64,000 nucleotides of DNA. Source: Camelus ferus. Lineage: Eukaryota. Where the stretch lies: the NCBI RefSeq assembly GCF_009834535.1, contig NC_045696.1:37326001-37390000 (forward strand), read 5' to 3'. Below are positions 1 to 11,374 of the stretch, piece after piece. Under the pieces are notes generated by a model. The model searched no databases and was not told the DNA's origin. It saw only the letters and a program-made list of their open reading frames with translations. Position numbers and translations under genes: made by a program. Within the stretch, counting starts at the first letter, position 1, and each line of letters starts with the position of its first letter.

Positions 1-1149
1 TGAAGTTCAGCTCCCTTTGTATAAAATTGCTTTGTGAATTGGTTTGAAATAAAACCAATAAAAATATATGAATTAAAATAAAATAAAATATTTTGAAATA
101 AAAAATATATGAATTGTAGAAATGCATCATTGATTCCTAATCACAACTCATTATGTTTCCCCTGCTAGTAAAGAATTAGTATGTAGCTCTGGAAACTCCT
201 TGTCAAGCCAATATGGGGGAATTCATATGACAAGGCTGAGGGTAGAGGCAAATGGCACTTTCAAATAGGTGATGGCTCAGGTCCAGCTTGTGACATACTT
301 GCATTCTGGAAATTGTATGAATCCATGCCATTCTCTTTTGGTATCCTACCAGCTACCTGACTTTTAAATTACTGGAACCCTGACTTTTTTGCTTTACTAG
401 GAGCATCACTTTGGGCAGACCACTTGAAATTAAAATTTATCATTTTAGATTTGTGGATCATATCAGTTATGCAAATATGTCTGCAATATCTTTTTTTTAA
501 AGCAAGCCTCTGGCACAGATCTTCAGGAAATATTTTCTTCCCACACCTTTTGTTCTCAACAGCAAGGCTTTTCCTGCAGCCAAGGATGGCAGTTAGTAGC
601 AAGCTCATTTCTGGCTCACAGTGACTCTTTATGGTGTACCTTTTGCTTCGCCTGATTAATGGTCACCTAGCTGCTTAGCTGTCCACCTTGGGTATCAAGA
701 TTATTCATTATTAAAGTATATAATTGAAAACCTTCACTCAGGTGAGAAACTGAACTAATTTAATGCATAAATCTAATAAATAAAGGATGTTGTAGTACAT
801 ATTTTTTTTTATTCAGAAGGGCATTAATTTTTGTGTTCAGGCAGTTTTCACAGAGCACAACCCCTGACATTTCACCCTAAAATTCACCTTTTTAAAATCA
901 CGATGCACTAAATGGCTTTAAGGAACAGATGGTTTTAATAATGACTGAAGCTAATGAACACTCTTTATGCTAACCTATTGTCTGGGTATAAAAATAGCCT
1001 ATAAGCAGCTCTAAATCGTATAGACATCTAAACACTGGAAACAGCACACAGAAATCTACCTTTAGGCTACAAAATAAATAACATACTGGCCTGAGGAATT
1101 TTCATGAGGTTATTTCAGGCCAAAAGGAACATAATACCCCATGTTAAAA

Positions 1150-1600
1150 AAATAGAATAGAGAATAACCCCAGAGAGTCAGTTCAGGTAATGGTGGAGTA
1201 CCTTGTACCACACTAACATTCCAGCAGCAATTATAAGGTCAGAAGTACATATGTTCAAACAAAAAATATTTAAAGTCATGGTGGAGGGCCAAAACCAAGC
1301 AAATCTTGGAGGTTATTTAACCCTTGAAAAGGGAATCACACTCATTTAGTGAGATTTATGCTGACATATTTTTATTTTAATGCATTAAACTCACATAGAA
1401 AGCCACAGTTTTACTGACTAGAGAAATCATAGGATATAGTTAGGGGTCTCAACATAGCTGGAAATTGAGGAGCAAAAATCCCTGAAAGGAGAAAGCCATG
1501 TAGTAACGGAAGCCCCTGAAATATGCCTAAAAACACTCCTTAAGTTTCTTTTTGACACCAAAGACTCACTGTAGCTCAACAGAATACATCAGAAAAGAAC
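1150..1600 (+). mobile_element. Old, degraded L1M-type 5' region fragment
   Basis: A-rich degenerate sequence resembling ancient L1M 5'UTR segments (e.g. ctggaaattgaggagcaaaaatccctgaaaggagaaagccatg); boundaries approximate. Confidence 0.4.
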
Positions 1601-1611
1601 AAAAGGATGTT
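1601..1611 (+). repeat. Left copy of putative target-site duplication AAAAGGATGTT
   Basis: Directly abuts the L1 5' terminus at 1612; identical 11-mer at 6865-6875. Confidence 0.7.
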
Positions 1612-3508
1612 GATTTTCTGGTCAAGATGGCAGAGTGATAGGACCATGAGCTTGCCTCTTCTCGCGACTGCAGCAAAACCATAACTGAATGCTAAACAAC
1701 CACTGAAAAATGACGGAACCTAGCAATAAAGACCTTCTGCAACTGGAAACATAGAGAGGGAACCACAGTAGGATGGTAGGAGGGGTGTGCTCACGATGTA
1801 ATTGGGCCCCATACTCCTCGTGTGGGCGACCCACAAGCTGAAGATCTGTTAAGTCGCAGAGGCCCTACCACAGGAGTGAGAGCTCTAAGCCACACATCAG
1901 GCTCCCCGGCTCGGGTCTCAGCACTGGGAAGAGAAGGAGACCCCAGGACATCTGGTTTTGAAGGCCAGTGGGGGCTTGGCTCAGGGAGCCTCATGGGACT
2001 GGGGGAAATGGAGACTCCATTCTCTTGGGAAGCGTACATGGAAACTCACATGCACAAGGTCCAAGGGCAGAGGCAGTGATTTCATAGGAACCTGGGCCAG
2101 GCCTGCCTGCTGGATTTGGTCGGGTCTCCTGGGGATGTGGGGGATGGCTGGGACCCACTCAGGGGACATTAAAGCTGGTGGTGGACATTCCAGTAGTGTT
2201 AATCTACATGAGCTTTCCTAGAGGCTGACATCTTGACTGGATCATTAGAATCAAGACCCAGCCCCACCCAACAGCCTGTAGGGAAGCCTCAGGCCAAACA
2301 ACATACAGGGTGGGAACACAGCCCCCCCCTCCATCAGCAGACTCCCTAAGTCACAAAGGCCTCCAGATACAGCCCTACCCACCAGAGGTTCAGGACCAAG
2401 CTTCACCCAGCAGTGGGCAGGCACTGGCTCCTTCTGCCAGGAAACCTGCATAAGCCTCTAGTCCAACCTCATCCATCAGGGACAGATACTCGAAATAAGA
2501 AAACAATAATCCCTAAGCCCGTAGAAGGAATCCACAAACACACAGAAAGATAGACAATATGAGGTGACAACGGAACATCTCCCAGGCCAAGGCACAAGAT
2601 AAAATCCCAGAAGAAATAGGTGATGAGGAGATAGGTAATTTATCTAAGAGTTTAAAGTAATGACAGCCAAGATTTTCAGAGAACTCAAGAGGAGTATAGA
2701 TGCAGAATGAAGTTTTTAGCAAAGAGTTGGAAAATATAAAGAATACCCAGAGTTGAAGAATAAAATCACCGAAATGAACAATGCACTAGAAGAAACCAAG
2801 AATAGACTAAATAAGGCAGAAGAACGGATCAGTGAGCTAGAAGACAGATTAATGGAAATCACTACCACAGAACAGAAAAAAGAAAAAAATAAAAAGGAAT
2901 GAGGATAGTTTCAGAGAACTCTGAGACAACATGAAGTGCTCTAATATTCACATTATACAGGTCCCAGAAAGAGAAGAGAGAGAGAAAGGACCTGAGAAAA
3001 TTTTTGGAGCGATAATAACAGAAAACTTCCCCAACTTGGGAAAGGAAACAGTTATCCAACTCCTGGAAGCGCAAAGTACCACACAGGATCAGCCCAAAGA
3101 GGAACGCACCAAGGCACATAGTCATCAAGTTGACAACAATTAAGGACAAGGAGAAAATATTAAAATTAGCAAGAGAAAAGCAACAAACAGCATACAAGGG
3201 AACTCCCATAAAGTTATCAGCTGATTTCTCAGCAGAAACTCTACAGGCCAGAAGGGAGTAGCATGATATATTTAAAGTGATGTAAGAGGGAAACTTACAA
3301 CCAAGAACACTGTCCAGCAAGGGTCTCATTCAGACTTGACAGAAAAATCAAAAGCTTCACAGATAAACAAAAGCTAAAAGATTTCAGCACCACCAAACCA
3401 GCTTTACAACAAATGTTAAAGGACCTTCTCTAGTCATCAAACCGTAAGAAAAGAGAGCAAAAAGAAAAAAGAGGAAAAAAAAAAAAAGAGAGAGAGAGAC
3501 CTACAAAA
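1612..3508 (+). mobile_element. L1 5'UTR + disabled ORF1 + inter-ORF spacer, broken just before ORF2
   Basis: Begins gattttctggtcaagatggcagag (L1 5' end with YY1 core caagatgg); GC-rich 5'UTR; ORF1 ATG at 2559 followed by TGA at codon 3; ORF1 peptides in ORF 2931-3143 (NIHIIQVPEREEREKGPEKIF...ENFPNLGKE); ORF1 stop TAG 3431-3433; A-rich spacer ending gacctacaaaa. Confidence 0.93.
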
Positions 3509-3790
3509 GATTGCTTTGGCTGTTTGGGGTCTTTTGGGTTCCTTATAAATTGTGGAATTGTTTGTTCTAGTTCTATGAGGAATGTTGCAAGTATTTTGAT
3601 GGAGGTTGCACTGGATCTGTGGATTGCTTTGGGTAATGTGGCCATTTTGATAGTGTTGACTTCCAATCCAAGAGCACAAGAAATCTTTCCATTTCTTTGT
3701 GTCATTTCGGTTTTCAGAGTATAGGTAACTTCCTTGGTTAAGTTTATTTCTAGGTATTTTGTTGTTTTTGATGTAATTGAAATGTCTTTG
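3509..3790 (-). mobile_element. Inverted L1 ORF2 fragment (region downstream of RT)
   Basis: Minus-strand peptides KYLEINLTKEV, CSWIG, IKMATLPKAIHR, FLIELEQTI match L1 ORF2 (KYLGINLTKEV...[22 protein letters not shown]). Confidence 0.9.
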
Positions 3791-3837
3791 CCAGTTATAA
3801 AATTTTGGTTTTTGAAGTGAAAAAAAAGTGAATGAAG

Positions 3838-4020
3838 GGCTGCAAAAGGCAAGATACCCTTTTTTATGGGTGAGTTATATTCCATTGCATATATGTGTGT
3901 GTGTGTGTGTGTACATCTCCATTATCTATTCAAATTAGATGTGCACTTAGGATGCTTCCATAGCTTGGCAATTATAAATAATGTTGCTGTTAATAGCAGG
4001 GTGTATGTATCCTTTTGAGT
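3838..4020 (-). mobile_element. Inverted L1 ORF2 C-terminal end fragment
   Basis: Minus strand MEYNSPIKKGILPFAA resembles ORF2 MEYYSAIKKNEILPFAA; includes (GT)n near 3894-3912. Confidence 0.85.
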
Positions 4021-4149
4021 TAATTCTTATTTTGTGGTTGGCTTTATTCCTTTGATAACTACGTAAGTTTAAAAAGCTAAATATCTAAATGTTCTTTGAA
4101 ACAATGAACAGTACCTATATGTAAATTAAGAGATATATGTGCAGCAAAA

Positions 4150-4485
4150 AAAAATCTATCTAGCCATGAAAGACATAGAAGAAAGTTAAAAGACATTACT
4201 AAATGAAAGAAGCCAATCTGAAAAGGCTACAAACTGTACGATTCCAACCAAATGACATTCTAGAAAAGGCACAGCTACAGAAACAATAAAAAAAATTGTG
4301 TTTTTCAGGAGTTTGGGGAGGTGGGGTGAGGAATGAGTAGATGGAGCACAAGGGATTTTTAGGACAATGAAATTATTCTGTATGATACTGTAGTGGCTAC
4401 ATGTCATTATGCATTTGTCAAAACCCATAGAATGTACAACATCAAGAGTAAACCCTAATGTAAACTATGAAAAAAAAAAAAAAAG
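4150..4485 (+). mobile_element. L1MC1-like 3'UTR fragment ending in an A-run
   Basis: gaagccaatctgaaaaggctac...ctgtatgatact...caaaacccatagaatgtacaac...aaaccctaatgtaaactatg, followed by A15. Confidence 0.8.
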
Positions 4486-4869
4486 AACTAATTCCTAAGT
4501 CAAACTAACGCTCAAGGGTTTGGAAGAAAAGTAGAAACTATCAGCGGAGTCACAGAAGGAAAGGCCAGTCAGTTCATAAAAAACAGAAACCAACAACAAA
4601 AACAATTATAAAAACGGTAGGATGTATTGAACTGGAATCTATATCATGGAAGCATTTCAAAGAGAGAGACTGACTATCAAATGAAGCTGGTAAGAAAAGT
4701 GTGGATTGAGAAATATTTTTTTCCTGTGATAGAACTGTTCTAAAACAGGATTGTGAGGGAAACAACTCTGCACATTTACACACAAACCAAAGAATTTTGT
4801 ATTTAAATGAGTGAATTTTATGGCATGTAAATTATATCTCAAGAAATCTCTTTCAAAATGAAGGAGTAT

Positions 4870-5340
4870 TTAGCACATATCCACACAATATAGCTGCTTC
4901 CAGGTATTTATCTCACAGGATAAATGAAAACAGGTATTTAGAAAAAAGATGCATATACACACACACACACACACACACACAAATATTTATTCGTAATAAC
5001 CCACACCTGAACTAACCCAAATGTCCATTATTAAGAGAATGAAGTAATATTTTGTGATATAATCTTACAAGGTCAAATTATTCAGCCCTACATACAGAAT
5101 GAATGGCATATTCAAATAAAAACATGTAGCTCTAAAACCATTGCTTAGAGCAAAATTGACAGACATCAAAGTATACATTGTTATTTTTTTCATTTTTATC
5201 AAGTTCAGCCACCATCAGATTGATGGATGCATGTCATGAGAGTATGTGTGACAGGGTATATATTATGTGAAATCATAAACTTTCCACTGACACATTTCAC
5301 TATATTTTTATTGTATACAGATATAAACACAAAAAGAAAG
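4870..5340 (+). mobile_element. Ancient L1ME-like 3' fragment with (CA)n
   Basis: Degenerate L1 3' motifs (aacccaaatgtccatt; ttttgtgatataatc); (CA)n at ~4957-4981. Confidence 0.5.
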
Positions 5341-5463
5341 AGGTAAGAAAAAATTACCATTAGACAATAATGGAGAAAATGACATTTGAGTTACAACCCT
5401 CTCCTCTGACAACCCACTCCCCTCCTCCCCACTGACACTGACCAGATAACCGACCAATCCAGG

Positions 5464-6198
5464 ATGTCAGCTGCTGGCTGGGTTCCAGGTGGAATGTTGG
5501 GGTGTCCCCTGGGGCTTCTTGTGGCTGGTGGCTCCACAGTAACTGGGCAGAGCCCTGTGGTGGATCAGTGCCATGAGGGACTGCTATCCTCTGTGGAGCC
5601 TGGCTTTGGGCTGATCCTTAAGAAGCTGAGTGTGGTCCTAGTTTTGCTGCTGCCCAATGGCCTGTGTTCTCAGTTCATGTTCCAGAGCCTCCACTGGGAT
5701 ACAGTGTTGAGTCCGCCTGTCCTCACCTTATTGCTGGGTGTTTTATTTACTTCCAGACTTATTCAGCCTGTTAGAAGTCGACTTAATGGAAGACATGAAA
5801 AGCAACTGGCAAAAACACTGGCTGCACAGATTGAGGAGGAATGCCACCTCATCAGCAAGCTTTGTGTGGCTAAAAAGGAGTGTGCCAAGATGGAGACAAC
5901 GTTAAAGAATGCCAGGCTAGAGAAGGAGCCAGTAAATATACCCAGCCTCGCTAACACTTACAGAAAGTTGACGACAGTCAGCCTGAGTCCGAGGAAGGAA
6001 ATCAATTTTCTCGTCCAGGAACTGAAGAAAGAGAGACCCCTGCAGTCTATACAAAGGAGGGCGGAGATGCTAAAAGTGCTCAAGTTCCTGGAAGAGGTCA
6101 TGAGAATCAGCACATCACAAGGGGCTTTTACAAACCAGCCAGGGGACCAAGCACCAAATCCTGATGGCCCCTTTCCCAGGAACAGACCCTCATCTTAA
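5464..6198 (+). CDS. cTAGE5/MIA2-like (cTAGE family) intronless retrogene or processed pseudogene, truncated: hydrophobic/TM segments + first coiled coil, 244 aa
   Basis: Longest ORF in the window. Colinear with the cTAGE5 N-terminus: VRSRLNGRHEKQLAKTLAAQIEE vs VRSRLYVGREKKLALMLSGLIEE; METTLKNARLEKE vs VESSLKDASFEKE; EINFLVQELKKER vs EILCLEKELKEEK; GLILKKL..LPNG vs GLLLEEL..LPEG. No introns. Family assignment is strong; coding status uncertain. Confidence 0.85.
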   Translation: MSAAGWVPGGMLGCPLGLLVAGGSTVTGQSPVVDQCHEGLLSSVEPGFGLILKKLSVVLVLLLPNGLCSQFMFQSLHWDTVLSPPVLTLLLGVLFTSRLIQPVRSRLNGRHEKQLAKTLAAQIEEECHLISKLCVAKKECAKMETTLKNARLEKEPVNIPSLANTYRKLTTVSLSPRKEINFLVQELKKERPLQSIQRRAEMLKVLKFLEEVMRISTSQGAFTNQPGDQAPNPDGPFPRNRPSS

Positions 6199-6868
6199 AA
6201 CTCTGCTGTTCCCTCCCCTCCACTCAGGCCTCCCAAGCTGCTGGGCTGCATTCACTCACTCAGTCAGATCTCCATCCACCTGAGCTGCACTGAGGCCAGT
6301 GGAGGGAGGGCAGTCACCTCCCTTGGACCAGAGTTCCTCCAACTTTACAAGTGAGCACAGCAGTGAACTCCTTCATGGAGTATACTGAAATCCCAGAACA
6401 CACTATGAAGCATGGGACTTTTTTTTTATATTCGGCAAATGTTTGGATTATCTCTTATTAGTTATGAAAGAAGTGTTGTAATTGAGACTGATGTACTTAG
6501 TTTGAATCTATATTAAGCCTCGTTTTTTAAGACAGTTTGGGTAAGTATTATATATCAGCAATGTAAGTAAAGTGTATATATAGTTATTCTGTGTACAAAT
6601 ATTGCATTATAATTTAAAATTGTATGCAATTTGTCTATATAAACTTCTAGATGGCCATAGCATTTATTTCTAGAGTTTAATTCTGAAGTCATAAGTTTAA
6701 GTCAAAGAACTTTTTTGCCTGAGTATGTATAGTTTAAAAAAAAATTACATGAATGTTTTTAAGATGAAGTTAAATTGTACTCTTATAAGAAATTTTTATC
6801 ATTTAATTTTTATATTCTGCTATAACAATATCCATAATAAAAAGCAAATTTGATAAATTTTTAAAAAA
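6199..6868 (+). other. 3'UTR of the cTAGE-like retrocopy with residual A-run
   Basis: C-rich stretch then AT-rich UTR; tttaattctgaagtc...aagaact resembles the MIA2/CTAGE5 3'UTR (from memory); A6 run at 6863-6868. Confidence 0.65.
6836..6841 (+). terminator. Polyadenylation signal AATAAA
   Basis: Canonical hexamer 21 nt upstream of the A-run and putative right TSD. Confidence 0.7.
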
Positions 6869-6875
6869 GGATGTT
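6865..6875 (+). repeat. Right copy of putative TSD AAAAGGATGTT
   Basis: Identical to 1601-1611; overlaps the end of the A-run. Confidence 0.7.
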
Positions 6876-9800
6876 TCGGTATAAACACCCTGTGATAAGT
6901 CAAAGTGATAAATATATTACTAAATTTGTAGAGTGGAAGAAAGGTAAAATTATTGAAGTATCTGGAAGGCTCTCTAGCTGGCATGTAAGTTACCATCTTT
7001 AGCAGCTTGTCAGGAGGAGAAAAGCGGAAGAGTGGAACAGAGCTCTGCAGTCACACTGCAAGCATCTTCCTCAAAGCATTAACATCCCAGTGTGGGGAGA
7101 CGGAATGCCCACTGTTCAAGCACATGTAAACAGCTTCAGCACATGGTGCTGTGTGATCAGACTTTTGGGTTTGCTTTTCTTGAAAGTCATTTATAAAATC
7201 CATGGGATGATTTTACTAATTGGAACATTCCAAAATCCCTAATGGCCCAGATACTGTTCTAATGTTAGTATCAAAAACCTGACACCTCTTCAGTGTTGAT
7301 TCCCATCCCTCTTTTGCTAGGACTTAGTTATCTAATCAGAAAATGCTTTTTAAGGCTTGGATATTTGGATTGCTCATATAGTTAAAGGTAATTAATATAA
7401 TGAAATAATGTTTTCTTAAAATTATTATGTTTAGAAAATGCAAAGCAAAACCCATAGCAAAGTGCAAAGAAAAAAAACCACCTGAATATTTTTCAAGGAC
7501 TCCTAACTTTGACTATCTGCATTTTTTGAATTTCAAGTAAGCCTTATATTGAGATTCTCTTCCTACTACTTTGACTTTAATAGGAAAAGAGGTATAACTC
7601 AACTAATTAATAATATATTTCTAGAAAAATGGTCATAACTTGATGTTCCTTTGATTAGAATTTTCAACAACCTTACATACAAACATACACATACATTTAT
7701 ATACACACACACAAACTGAGACTTTAAGAGAATTTTTAAGGTTTTTTATGAACTTGAATTTATAGTTTATAGTTTAGAAATTTTAGTTGATTCATTCTAC
7801 CATACTGCTCTACATGTGTAGAGACAACTCAAGTATTATTAAAATGATAATGGAAAAGACAAAGCAAAAAGGACAAAATACATGAAACAACTTTCAAGAA
7901 ACTTTATCAGATAATGAAAAAGTGATTCCAGAGATATGAGAAACAATCAATTAAGCCCAACAATTACATCTGCTTATTGACCTTGAGGGTGATTTCAAGA
8001 AGCAGAACAAAAAGAGATGCCACGAGGAGACTGAGGGGATCCTCAAATTTAGGAAATAAATCTGAAGAATACAGAGAGGTCAAGGCATTGACATACATAG
8101 AGACCTCAGAAGATCTGTAGAGACGTTCCCTCTGGAGCAGCCAACTGAGTACTGATCAGTGCATTCCTGAGGGAAACTCACCTTAGTCTGAGGATAGAAC
8201 CACCCAAAATAATTAGTGGTTACTATGTTTATTTCTAATGCAGAGTTGGGAATAATGCCCATCACCGTCAGACTGGAAAATCCTAAGATTCAGGAGGCAT
8301 TAGGCTCAAAGGTAGGAAATAATAAGCCCTAGACTGAGCACTGCTTTATTAATATCTAGCAAATCTTAAAAGCAAGACCCAAAATATCAGACTTGTTCTA
8401 TACAACTTCACTGAATCACAGACAAAAAATAATGCAAGAATATACAGAAATAAAAAATATTTACAAGGCAAAATTAATGACATCTACCACCCAACCAAAA
8501 TTATCTAAAATGTAAAAATGTGACCTATAATATGATGATAAACCAATTGATGGAAACTGACATACACTTGGTATAACTGTTAGAAATACCAAAGATACTA
8601 AAAAAAATAATAATTAAAACTGATTTTCCAAATGTCTAACAAAATAAGACACAGAAGGCATAATATTACCCAAATTGAAAGTCTGGGTATTGAATGTCTG
8701 GAAAAATATAACGTGTGAGTGGAAAAATATACTAGTTAAGATCAAAGATAGTTTTAAACTTTGCAGAAAAATAAAATTAGTGAACTTTAAGATGTAGCAG
8801 TAGAAATTTTCTATTATCAATACATAAGAGACAATTTGAAAAAAAAATCACAGAATCAGTGAATTGTGGAACTACATCCAGTGCCTTAATATACATACAA
8901 TTAATGAATTATACAATTAATGAATTGCACAATAGGAAAATATTTGAAGATATCTGGACATTTTACAAATTTGGTGAAAATTATAACTCATTCTAAGAAG
9001 ATAAAACACATACACATAAAAACTACACCAAGATAAATTCTAATGAATTTAGCAAAAAAACAGTGGTAAATAGAATATCTTACTGTACTCAGGAAAAAAC
9101 AACATGTACAGAGGAATAGAAATATAGATAACTAAATATTTATCAGAAGTAAGAAGAAAATGGTGTAAAATCTTTAAAAGATTGAAAAAAAAAAACAAAA
9201 GTGAAAGAAAAAATCTGTTACCTATCAATTCTAAATGCAGCAAAAATATCTTTCAAACACAAAAGCAAAATGAATAATTTTTCAGGATTAGTTACCAGTG
9301 GACCACACTGCAAGAGAACTTACAGGATGTCTTCCAGACAAATTAAAAAAAAAAAAATACTAGATGGAAATACAGATCCTTACAAAGATATAAAGACAAC
9401 TGGATATGGAAACTGCATCAGTAAATATAAAAGTTATTTTGCTAATGTTTCATCTCTTCAAAATATAATGTATTGTTTAAACAAAAATAATACTGTAGTG
9501 TGCAGCTTACAAAAATGTAAAAATAAAATGTATGACAATAGCTCAAAAGGTAGGGAGGGTAGAAAAGGAACTAATAAATTGTAAATTTAACCTGTATGTG
9601 AATTTCTGTAATATTACTTTAAAGTAGACTATGATATATTAAAGATGCACACTGTAAGTCATGAACACTACTAAACTAGCAAAGAGTTATATACCTACTA
9701 TATAAATAAAATAAAGTTAAATCATAGAAAATAATCAATACAAATAATAGCAGAAAAAGAGGACACAGAAAACAAAACAGTTTGGACATATAGAACTAAA

Positions 9801-11374
9801 TAGCAAGATGAAAGATTTAAACTAAATCATACCAATATTATTAACAGTAACAACATTAAAATAAAATGGTAAATTACCCCAAATAAAAAGTTGATATTTT
9901 AAGGTTGTATATAAAACAACAACCAACTACTTACATGCTGCCAGCAAGAAACACACTTCAAATATAAAGACAAAAATAAGTTAAAAAGATGAAAAAGAAT
10001 ATACAATGCTTACACTAATCAAGTGAAGCCAAAGTGTGGTTCTATTACCTTCAGACAAAGTAGTTACAGAAAAAGGAATATTACTAGGGTAAAGAAGATA
10101 ATTTCACAATGACAAAGCATTCAATTTATTAGTAATACACCACAATCCTAAACCTACCTAACATTAAGGGTTAAAAATTCATGAAGAAAAACTGAAAGAA
10201 CTGCAAAGAGAGACTGAAAAAAAATCACAGCTATAATCAGATAATTCAATATTCCTCCCTTAATAACTGACAAAGCCATTAGATAGAAAAGCAGGGAGGA
10301 TACAGAAGATTTGAACCACTCTTAACAAATATAACCTAATTGGCATTATAGGATACTCCACCACACTACAACAGAAAACAAATTCTGTTAAAGTGGACGT
10401 AGAAAAATTTTCAAAGATAATTCATATTATAGCCATAAAACAAACCACAATATGTTTAAGTAGGTTCAAATGATAAAATGTCTGTTCTCTGAATACAAGG
10501 TAAACCAGAAATCACTAACAGAAGATATCTGGAAAATTTTCAAATACTTAGAAATTAAATAATCCATTTCTACATACCTATGAGTCAAAGAAAAATATCA
10601 AGAAATAGTAAATGTCCTTTGAACTGAATTAAAATGAAATAACAATATCAAACTTTGTGGCATGCCACTAAAGCAACAGTTAGGAAGAAATCTGTAACAC
10701 TGGATCCCTATATTAGAATCCATTTTCTAAAGAACTCAGATTTCAGTGGAAGAAACAAGAGGAAGGAGAGAAAATAAAAATTGGGTAGGAGAAATATAAT
10801 AAAAAAGATCAGAGTATAAATCAATGAAATAGAAAACAAAAACAATAGAGGAAATCAGTGAAACCTAAAGGTGTTTATTTGAGAAGAACAATAAAATTAC
10901 TGTACTTCTAGCTAGAAAATTCAGGAAAAAAATAGAGGAAAAAAACTATCAATATGAGAGAATGAGAGAAGTGCCATAACTACAGATTCTAAAGATAATA
11001 AAATAGTAAAGAATATTATGAACAACTTTATGCCAATAAATTAAACATTTCAGAAAAAATTTATGTTCTTTGAAAATCAAAATGTTCAAAGATCACTCAA
11101 AAAGAAATTGATAAAATGATAGCCTATATCAATTAAAGAGAACAAAAGTTTAGTTAAAAGCCTTCATTGAAAGAAAATTCCAGGCTCAGATGCCTTCAAT
11201 GATGATTTCTACCAAGTATTTCATTAAGAAAATAATGTAATAACTACAAAAACAATTCTCAAAACTGAAGAATATGTAATGCATTCTAACATATTCCATA
11301 AGGACATTATTCTAATACCAAAATGAAAGATATTATAATAGAAGTAAACTACAGAACAATCAAATGCACAGCAT

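Noticed and set aside
782..792. Third copy of aaaggatgtt(g) as an alternative TSD partner
   Set aside because: It does not abut a recognisable element terminus; kept only as a caveat to the main TSD inference.
1622..2451. Cluster of 60-90 aa GC-rich ORFs
   Set aside because: All lie in an L1 5'UTR and show no protein-family resemblance.
2862..3329. 155-aa hydrophobic minus-strand ORF
   Set aside because: Antisense of L1 ORF1; the hydrophobicity reflects T-richness.
5454..5458. CCAAT box before the retrogene ATG
   Set aside because: Only 5 nt from the ATG, too close for a promoter element; a 5-mer is expected by chance.
8895..8926. 16-bp tandem duplication atacaattaatgaatt x2
   Set aside because: Ordinary slippage in a decayed L1.
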